From NCBI RefSeq assembly GCF_009914755.1, contig NC_060942.1: a DNA stretch of 64,000 bases. One strand, given 5' to 3'. Numbering within the stretch: the first letter of the stretch is position 1; the number at the start of each line of letters is the position of its first letter. The notes beneath the pieces are model-generated. The model saw only the letters and a program-made list of their open reading frames with translations, had not been told where the DNA came from and searched no databases. The stretch comes from the human T2T-CHM13v2.0 reference genome, Homo sapiens. A program made the position numbers and the translations under genes. This document shows positions 50,712 to 64,000 of this stretch, one piece after another.

Positions 50712-50999
50712 TTTTTTTTAGACGGAGTTTTGCCTTTGTTGCCCAGGCTGGGGTTCAGTGCAGCGATCTCAGCACACCACAATCTCCACCTCCCAAGTTC
50801 AAGCCATTCTCCTTCCTCAGCCTCCTGAGAGGAGGCTGGGATTACAGGCATGCACCACCATGCCCGGCTAATTTTTGTAAGTAGAGATGGGGTTTTTCCA
50901 TGTTGGTGAGGCTGGTCTCGAACTCCCAAACTCAGGTGATTCACCCACCTCGGCCTCCCAATGTGCTGGGATCACAGGTGTGAGCCAGTGTGCCTGGCC
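50712..50999 (-). mobile_element. AluSp/Sq-like
   Basis: Antisense dimer; TSD approximately TATTTCCT. Confidence 0.88.
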
Positions 51000-51143
51000 T
51001 GTATTTCCTGTTTTTAAACACTGAGTAATATTCCATTATTTTTATGTTTCAAATTATATTTATCCAGTAATCTGGGGAGAAAATTTTGCATTGCTTTCAC
51101 CTATTGCCTTTCAATAACAATGCTGTAAAAATTATGAATGTGC

Positions 51144-51437
<294 letters not shown>

Positions 51438-51755
51438 TATGGACGTGCAAATAACTCTTCCTGTGATTATATGTGTGAGAGTTTATATTTATACTACATT
51501 CTCTTTATTTGGTGTAGTTCACTTTTTATAACCAAACCAAATTGTTTTAAGTCTATATAATGTGTTTTGAAATCAGGGAGTTGTGATGCCTCCAACGTTG
51601 TACCTCTCTTTGAAGATTATTGGGTGTTTCATTGTTTCTTAAAATTTCATATAATTTGGGGGTTGCTTTTTCTATTTCTGCTAAAATAAAATTAGATATT
51701 TGAAAGGGATTGCATTAAATCTGTAGATTACACTCAGCAGTATGGGCATCTTCAC

Positions 51756-51821
51756 AATATTAATTATTTTACCCTTTGATCATGCTGAATATTAATTATT
51801 TTACCCTTTGAGCATGCTGAA
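51756..51821. repeat. 32-bp tandem duplication
   Basis: AATATTAATTATTTTACCCTTTGA(T/G)CATGCTG, two copies. Confidence 0.9.
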
Positions 51822-52084
51822 GAGTGTGTTGTTTAATTTTCATGTATTTGTAAATTTTTTAGTTTTGTTTTTGTTGATTTCTACTCTCATTCCATTTTGG
51901 TCATAAAAAGTAATCTATCAATTTCAATTTTTAAAGATTTAATAAGTTTGTATTTTTATCATGGCCTAACAGGCAGTTTATCAAAGAGAATGTATGTGAA
52001 CTATTGAGAATGGTTATACCCTGCTATTGTTAAGGGGTATTCTTTGTTAGGCATAATATTGTTTTATACTTCTTTCTTTGTATA

Positions 52085-52368
52085 TTTTTTCTCTTTGAGA
52101 TGGAGTCTTGCTCAGTCACCGAGGCTGGATTGCAGTGCCGCAATCTCGACTCACTGCAAACCCCGCCTCCCTGGTTCAAGCAATTCTCCTGCCTTAGCCT
52201 CCTGAGTAGCTGGGATTACAGGCGCCTGCTACTGCACCTGGCTATTTTTAGTAGAGATGGGGTTTTGCCATGTTGGCCAGGCTGGTCTCAAACTCCTTAC
52301 CTCAGGTAATCTGTCTTCCTTGGCCTCCCAAAGTGCTGGAATTACAAGCATGAGCCACTTGTTCCCAT
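52085..52368 (-). mobile_element. AluSx-like
   Basis: Antisense dimer. Confidence 0.88.
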
Positions 52369-52395
52369 CTGTACTGCTTTCAGTTTCTCTTTTCC

Positions 52396-52691
52396 TTTTT
52401 TTTTTTTTTTTTTGAGACAGAGTCTTGCTCTCACCCAGGCTGGAGTACAGTGGTGGGATCTCGTCTCACTGCAAGCTCCACCTCCTGGGTTCTTGCCATT
52501 CTCCTGCCTCAGCCTCCTGAGTGCCTGGGATTACAGGCACCTGCCACCACGCCCTGCTAATTTTTTGTATTTTTAGTAGAGACCGGGTTTCATCGTGTTA
52601 GCCAGGATGGTCTCCATCTCCTGACCCCGTGATCGCCTGCCTTGGCCTCCCAAAGTGCTGGGATTACAGGCGTGAGCCACCATACCTGGCC
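52396..52691 (-). mobile_element. AluY-like
   Basis: Poly-T tail; TSD CTCTTTTCC at 52387-52395 and 52692-52700. Confidence 0.9.
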
Positions 52692-54133
52692 CTCTTTTCC
52701 ATTATTAATATTGTTTTGTTTTATTGTTCATTGCAGAAATTGAAGTATTAAAATATCTTATTATAATTATATTGCTCTTTATTTGTTGCTTTAATTTTGT
52801 CAATTTTTGCTTTGTATTTTTGGAAACCTAATGTGAGAAATACACATACACACACAAACATATAAATATATGTATGCACATATTTGTCATACATTTTCAA
52901 TAAATGATATCTTTATTATTGTTTAATGACCTTTTTTCTCTTGTGAATTTTGACATAGAGTATATTTTATAAAATAAGAGAGTTGTTGACTTATGATATA
53001 TTTTGTATAATACAATTTTGATCTCTTCTGCTCTCATTTGGTTAATGTTTGCCTAAAATGTCTTCTTCCACTTACCACTTTCAGGCTGATTTCACTACTA
53101 GATCTCAAGTGACTCTTGAAGAAAGGCAAGTTGGATCTTGGTATATAAAATTTTATATAATCCCACTATTCAATGTATGTGTATTGATTGGCAAGTCTAT
53201 TTTTAAAATATTTATTTTCTGAAGACAAAGATTATTATTATTTATTTTATTGTTTAATGATTCTTATAGGTCTGTTTCTCATTCTATCTTCCTTTGTGTC
53301 TTTTTGATTTTTGTATGGATAGGCTGTCACTTCTTTCTTATTTCCTTTTTTGTGCCTATACAGACATTTTATTTGTGGGCACCTTCAGGATTATATAAAA
53401 ACCTCTTAAAATTTCAACAATATATTTTGAAGTGGTGAAATTTAAATTTGGGTCCATGCACAAATTATTTCTTATTACATCTGTCCTCAACTTAGTTATT
53501 GATGTCACTAAACATATCTATTTATGTTATATATTTATTAACAGATGTTCATTATTATTTTTAGCTTTTATCTTTAAATTTTAGAGAATAATTAAATAAA
53601 ACATTTTTTGGTATTATAATAATGCTACAGGATATTTTTTCTATAATATTTGCATATCTTTATATCTTTCCTAGAAAGCTACCTATTTTTATATGATAGT
53701 TTTGTTTTTTAGCATCATATAGTTTTAGTAGGAGGACTCTTCTCAGCATTTTTTGTAGGGCACGTGTAGTGTTGATATAATTTTTCCACATTTGGTTATC
53801 TTTAGAGGTCTTTCCTTTTTCTTCATTTTTGTAGCACAGTTTTGCTGGTTATATTATTCTTACATAGAAGCTATTTTTCGCTTGGCACCTCGACTATAGC
53901 ACACAATTTCCTTCTGGCCTGCAAGGTTTTTGTTGAAAGAGTCACTAGTTATATCATAGAACCATAATTATGTATTTTCCAGCATTTGAGATTCTCTTCT
54001 TGTCTGTGACTTTGGGAACTTTGCTTTGCATGTCTTGTTATGGATCTGTGTGTTTCCTAGTTTTAGTATGTTGAGCTTCTTCATTTTTACAACCTTATTT
54101 TCTTACTTTTGAGAATTTCTCAGGTATTCTTAA

Positions 54134-54419
54134 TTTTTTGAGACAGTGTCTTGCTCTGTCACCCAGGTTTGAGTACAGTGGCATGATTGCAGCTTACTGC
54201 AGCCTTGGGTTCCCTAGGCTTATGTGATCCTCCTACCTCAGCCTCCTGTTTACTGGGACCACAAGTGTGTGCCAATACACCTGACTAATTTTAATTTTTA
54301 TAGAGGAGAAGTATTGCCATGTTTCCCAGTTTAAACTTGAACTCCCTAGGTTCAAGTGATCTGCCTGCCTCAAACTCCCAAAGTGCTGGGACTACAGACA
54401 TGAGCCACTACACCTGGCC
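54134..54419 (-). mobile_element. AluJ
   Basis: Diverged antisense dimer. Confidence 0.85.
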
Positions 54420-55213
54420 TCAGTCATTATTTCTATTTCTATTTTCTACTTCCATAATTTCTATTATATTTTTCATCTTTTCCTTGATGTTCTATTTTTT
54501 TCTGATTTTATTTAGTTACCTGTGTTCCCATTTAGGTTAAATTTTTAAAATTAATGTGTACATCTTTATTTTCATGGTTGTTTTCTGACAGTTTTAAGTT
54601 TTTTTTTTTTTTTACTTAGGCCATGTCACTGTAATATTTTGTATGTATTGTACTCTTTGGTTGAGATTTGGACATTAACAAACAGCTACCTCTCACAATC
54701 TTTATAATGTGGTGTTGTCCTAACATAATCTGAAACCAGTTGTCTCAACTAGAGATTCTGGGAGCCTATCAAATATGTTATGATGTGTCTTGTGTGGAAT
54801 TTTGTGTTGATTATTCAGTTAAAGAGGTTTGTCTGTGTTTCTTAACAGTCTGTAATTACTTCCTATACATATTGCATGTCTGTGGTACTGTAGTTTGTTG
54901 CTGTAACATTTACCTTTGGTCTCAGCAGACTCAAGCTGTTATTTCAAAGTATACCATCATTTCTTTCAGCACATTTTGTCACTGGAGACAGAAACGAGTC
55001 TCTGTAAAAGTGCCCAGAAGCCAGAAGTAAAAATACATGAGCCAGTTTTTTCTTTTTCTATATTGAGGAAGATGCCAGGCATTGCAGTTTACTTCTAAAA
55101 GTGCCATGCTGCATTATGGAGGAGTAAAGGTGTTGGGCAAATGTAACAAGCTTTTCTATCCATTCAGTATGGCTTGTGGCATTTTGCTCACCTGGTACAC
55201 TGAACACACTTAA

Positions 55214-58400
<3,187 letters not shown>

Positions 58401-59279
58401 GCAGATGGAATACATGTGTAAAAATATTTAGTCAAAATTAAGTCTTTGTAAACTTTAGAAAATTCACAGTAGGAAGAATTAAGGCACTGGCACTTAAGAC
58501 GTTACACTAAATCAGAATGTTCTGTATAGAAAGTAATCCAAAGCTAAAACTGTTGGATAATTTATTTGTATATAAGTTTAAGAGGAGTGGAAGATTATTT
58601 TTTGGAGAGTTATAATTACATTCAAGGTATACGTTTTTCCTTGAAAAAAATGTAGATTTTTTGAAAAGCAAATAGTGAGGTAATTCAAGTGTAAAATTGC
58701 TTCATTCTGTTCCTTTTTTCCTGTTGTTTGTGTAAAAGCATGTCATCAATTTCTGTTGCATCAGAAATCTGAGAGATTCCTTTCTTATTAGGTAGGCATC
58801 ATTCATTAACTTTTCCGTGGAAGAGTAAGGATATTAAAATGTAAGATGTATATTGAAAATCTAATTGGAGAGGCTCTTTATGGCTGACTTTTAACATTTT
58901 TCATGTGATACATGAGTTATGTGTTTAGAGTAATATTCTGCATTATAGTGAAAGGAAAACTTTGAGTTTTAGTAGTAAATTGTTTTACCAATTGTACTTT
59001 TATGTAATAAAATGTAGGGAATTTTAAAATTCTTTTATAAGACTGTGATAACTTAGCTTTTAAATTAAAGGGAATAGTTTTAAACTTTTTAAGACCTGCA
59101 TTTAGTTAAGTGTTATGTCACCAACTTTAACGTGTCCCACCTTATTAAAGATGTAGATAAAAGATGGTAACATAGTAGAATGAGCTCTCTAGCAATCTCT
59201 TTTGCCTGTGGCATTAAACTGAAAAGTTTAAGAGTATTGTTTCAATGGGTAAAAATGTACATTTGTTTAACGTTTTAAA

Positions 59280-59470
59280 TTTTTGTAAGAACATAGTATT
59301 GTTTACCTATTTATGGCATATATAGAATATTTTCATACAGGCATACAACTTGTAATCACATCAGAGTAAATGAGGTATTCATTACATAATGCATTTATTT
59401 TTTGTATTACAGACAATCCAATTAAACATTTTTGGTTATTTAAAAATGTACAAGTAAATTATTACTTGCT
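59280..59470 (-). mobile_element. L1MA 3'-end fragment
   Basis: ACATAGTA...TATTTATGG...ATACAGGCATACAA...TAATCACATCAG.GTAAATG resembles an antisense L1MA 3' terminus. Confidence 0.55.
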
Positions 59471-60085
59471 ACAGAGGTTTTTTATGGTCATAATAATAAT
59501 TACCTAGTAGTATAGTAAGAAATCTCACATTTCTAAGTCCTGAATGAATATTTTAAAATTTGGTCATATGTATTTTGAACAAGTGGCCTCTCTGCCTGTA
59601 AACTCATACAGACTGTTAGTTTTTTACTTACATGGTGCTAAATATATAAATATTTTACTCTTAATATAAACATTAGGTGTAAGAAATTTGTGGGGCAAGT
59701 AATTGTGTGAGTGTGAGTGTACCTATTTTCAGAAGACAAGAAATATTGGAACAAAATATCACTTTAATAAAGTGGACAAATCATTTACTAGAAGACCAGA
59801 AACCTCCATGATTTTGAATAATATCTGTATTCTCTGTATTTTATTTAATTAATTACTGTGAAGTCTTATGGATTGCGTTTCCAAATCTTTCCATGCAAAT
59901 TCTTTCTTTCATGTACCTGGTACTCATGGTAGACTGATTTTTTTCATATTTTTTTGTGTTTATAATTTATTAAGTATTCATTATGTGAGTTGCTCAGGTA
60001 TTCTAAGAATTTTCATAAAATTTACTAATGCACGCAAAATAATTTTTCAATGTTATTTCACAATGAGTGTATTAACTTATATTTC

Positions 60086-60404
60086 TTTTGTTGCTTTCTT
60101 TTTTCTTTTTTTTTTTTTTTTTGAGGTGGTGTCTCACTCTGTCACCCAGGCTAGAGTGCAGTGGTGGGATCTCAGCTCACTACAACCCTCACCTGCTGGG
60201 CTCAAGCAATTCTCTTGCCTCACCCTCCTAAGTAGCTGGGACTACAGGCATGTGCCACCATGCCCAGCTAAAGTTTTTGTATTTTTAGTACAGACTGTGT
60301 TTCACTATAATGGCCAGAGTGGCCTTGAACTCCTGACCTGGTGGTCCACCTGCCTTGGCCTCCCAAGGTGCTGGGATTACAGGCATGAGCCACTGCATCC
60401 GACC
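60086..60404 (-). mobile_element. AluS
   Basis: 12-bp TSD AACTTATATTTC at 60074-60085 and 60405-60416. Confidence 0.9.
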
Positions 60405-61086
60405 AACTTATATTTCATTTAGTTAGAACATCCCATTTTGTTATTTTAATTGGAGAAACCTGTGTAAGCTAAGTTTCCTTTATTATTGTTCCTTTTACTC
60501 TTTATAATTGACATAGGTGAATTTATTCATTCAGCCAATTTGTTTAGGTAAATGCTGGGGAGGCTTCATGAGTCATAAAGATATTTTGATATGTAAATGT
60601 AGCAAACACAATGCTTGCTGTGTAATAGATGCACCATTATTGGCCACAAATATTTCTGCTGGAGTTAGTTTGTAGCTCCAAGTAAAGATAAAGAAATACA
60701 CATGATGAAGAAATAAAATCGATTCTGTATATGGAGAGGACATTGTTCTTATGCTGCAAAATTGACTCTTTCTGAATTTAAAGAGACATTCTGATTATTT
60801 TCTGATTATCTTTAGTTTTGTTTGTGTGTCTACTTATGTTTATCCCAGCTGTGTATGCATCACAGCCCTTTTTTTTATTCTTTGTGTTATGGCTACATCT
60901 TTATTGCTGTTTGTTTTGTGCCATGTCACTTCACACAGTACTTTGTAGGTTCTGATGAAAGTTTGTCAATGTAACTTTCAGATCTGTTAATTGAGATAAA
61001 AGGCATGCAGTGTTCACAGGTGAGAGGAATAAATCAGTCAGAATTTCTTGTCTTTGTAAAACCAAACTTTTATTAAATTTTAACAT

Positions 61087-61411
<325 letters not shown>

Positions 61412-62109
61412 TTAGAAGATATGTCTTAGAAATTAAACTTTTAGAAGAGTTAATGTTAAGTGGAGAATGTTAAATTTAATTTTTTATTACATACTTACAG
61501 CTCAACTTAAGTTTTCATTCAGAATCTTTTATTTTGGTGTGAATGTTAAACATTCGAAAATAATAGAATGACACTGTGGATTTCACATGTGAAATAATCT
61601 TTTTCATATTAATGTTAAAATCTTGAGGAATTTCTCACACTTGTATAATGTACTTTTTTATTGGTTGCAGTTTACAATTTAGAGGTTTCAGTCTTTGTCA
61701 CCTAACTAGTCAACTCCTTGGTCATTTTATCTGGAAAAATTTTAAAGATCATGGCATCTTTTGAATTAAAAAATTTCTTCAGTGATCTGGGATGCAAACT
61801 TATTTACTCTCTTCAGAGTGGTTTAATCATGTGAAACACAGCAAGAACTGCCCTTTTTGTGTCTTCCCTATCATTACCACCAGCACCAGAAACTCCAGTT
61901 GTCCCAAGCTCAAAATAAAAGCCCTAAGGTACATTGGCTTCTCCAATGCTCTGTGCTGGGTGCCGAACATGGTGGTAAATATTAGAGTTCATATGGCCAT
62001 GACTGACTAGGTGACAAAACAGCACAGAAACTATGTATCTTTCATACTATTCAGACAGGTTTATGACAAAAACACAGGTCAGAATTTGAAACATTGTCAT
62101 TTTAATAGT

Positions 62110-64000
62110 TTTTATAAATATATTTTTAAATTCACAGATGAAATATGTATTTATTTTGTGAAATAGTATTTTGAAGTAAATATACATTGTCAATGCCTAA
62201 TTTTAGCTAATTGTCAAATGCTTTGCCTCACATAGTTACTATTTTTGTGGTGAGAAGACAATATTTACTGTCAGTATTTTTTCAGAAATACAATACATGC
62301 ATTATAATCTCTTGAACTTATTTTTCTTATCCAACTGTAATTATGTAATCAAGATATGTTTTGTAGAATCCACATGTGAGTGAAATCATGAGATATTAAC
62401 CTTTCTGTGCCTTATTTCAACAACTATAGTGTCCTTTAGGTTTATCTTTGTGATTAAAAATAAGATTTTCTGTTGAAAATACAGTATTCAATTGTATATA
62501 TATACCATAGTGTCTGTATTTCATCATTGGATGATGGACACATGTTGATTCTATGTTTTGGCTTCCGTAAAGTGTGCTGCAACAAACACAATTGCAGATG
62601 TCTGTTCATCAATCTAGTTTCATTTGTTTTGTGATAGATATCCAGTAGTTCAATTACATGTTAGAGTTTAATTGTTTTGCAAAATTTCTATTTTTCATAA
62701 TGGCTGTTTTTATTTACATTGACACAAACAGTGTGAAAGCTCCTCTCTTTCTCTTTTTTCAAGTTTACCAACAATTTTTTAAACATTTTAACAGGAGTGA
62801 GTTTATATGTTAGAGTTGTTTTTGTTTGCCGTTCCTTGATGATAATTGACTTTGAGCCATATTCATCTGTCTGCCAAGCTATATGTATGTCTTTCTTTGA
62901 AAATTATTTATATAGATCTTTTGCTTATTTTTCATGGTTATTTGTTTTTTGTTGTATAGTCCTATGAGTTTCTTGTACATTTTTGATATTAACTGTTTTC
63001 ACATGTGTAATTTGCAAATATTTTCTTCCATTTTTCAATTATGTCATTCTGCTGATTGTATCTGTTGGTGTGCAGCAGCTTCTTAATTTTAAGGAATCTG
63101 ATTTGTCTATGTTCCCCTAAAATTTTGAGGTTAAATCCAAGAGTCACTGCCCAGACCAATGTTATGGGGCATTCATTCTATATTTCCTCATCTTAGTTTT
63201 AGATTTTCAGGTCTCATATTTAAGTATCTAATTTGAGTTAATTTTTATATATGGTGTGAGATGAAGGTCTGATTTTATTATTTTGTATGTGGATATATAT
63301 TTTCTCAATATCATTTATAAAACAGACTGCTCTTTTTTTAAAAAAAATTGTCATCTTTATTTACAATCAGTTGTCTGTAAATACATGAATTTATTTCTGG
63401 TCTTTCTCTTTTGCTCTGTTGGCCTTTGTGTGCATTTTTATGTAAGTAACACTCTGTTTTGATTACTGTAGCTTGTTGGACATTTAAAAGTCAGGTAGAG
63501 TGATTCCTTCAGCCTTTTATTTTTCATTTTTTGCTGGATTTTCTTAGCTATTAAGGCCTTTTGTGGGGCAATATACATTTTAGATTTTTAAAAAAATTTC
63601 TGTGGAGAATTTAACTGGTATTTTAATAGAAGTTTTATTATATCTGTATATCAGTTTGTGTAATGCAGATATTTAACAATATTAATCATGCCCATTTATG
63701 AATTAGAATATCTTTTTGTTTGAATATTATTTTCTAACTTTTTTTTTAGATTATAATGTACAGATCTTTCACCCTTTTGGTTACATTCATTTCTAAGCAT
63801 AGTTACTGCTGCAATTATTGTAGATGGGATTGTTTTTTGGTTTTATTTTCAGATACTTTATTGTTAGTGTATAGAAATGTTACTGAATTTTTTATATTGA
63901 TTTTGTATCCTGCAAGTTTAATAAATTTGTTTATTCTAATAATTTTTTGTGAAGTCCTAGGTTTTTCTATACTTAAGATTATATCATCTGCAAGGAAAAT
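62110..64000 (-). mobile_element. Old L1MA fragment running off the right edge
   Basis: Antisense L1 3'UTR/ORF2 motifs (TTTTGATTACTGTAGC, TTGATTTTGTATCCTGCAA, TATATCATCTGCAA). Confidence 0.75.

Overview
This is primate DNA, almost certainly human (AluYb8, pre-Ta-type L1), from a repeat-rich pericentromeric or acrocentric segmental-duplication setting. No intact protein-coding gene is present. From left to right: (1) the 3' end of a young L1HS-like element; (2) an L1PA2-like insertion with a twin-priming 5' inversion and an apparent 3' transduction, bounded by a 13-14 bp TSD; (3) ERV1/MaLR LTRs, MER20 and old L1M debris; (4) a full-length, dead L1PA3/4 that keeps the ~129-bp ZNF93-target segment; (5) a ~10.8 kb CER (48-bp) satellite array ending in a fold-back inversion fused to a truncated L1; (6) an unprocessed KRAB C2H2 zinc-finger pseudogene of the ZNF91/ZNF141 clade (resembles the ZNF355P/ZNF962P paralog family; exact copy not determinable), filled with Alus and old L1. 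I found no convincing new biological system. The most notable signals are structural: the L1 transduction plus inversion, TSD-less L1s capping both ends of the satellite, the satellite fold-back, templated duplications, an AT-rich nested palindrome and block duplication in the finger array. Repeat subfamily calls come from remembered consensus diagnostics, not from a database search.
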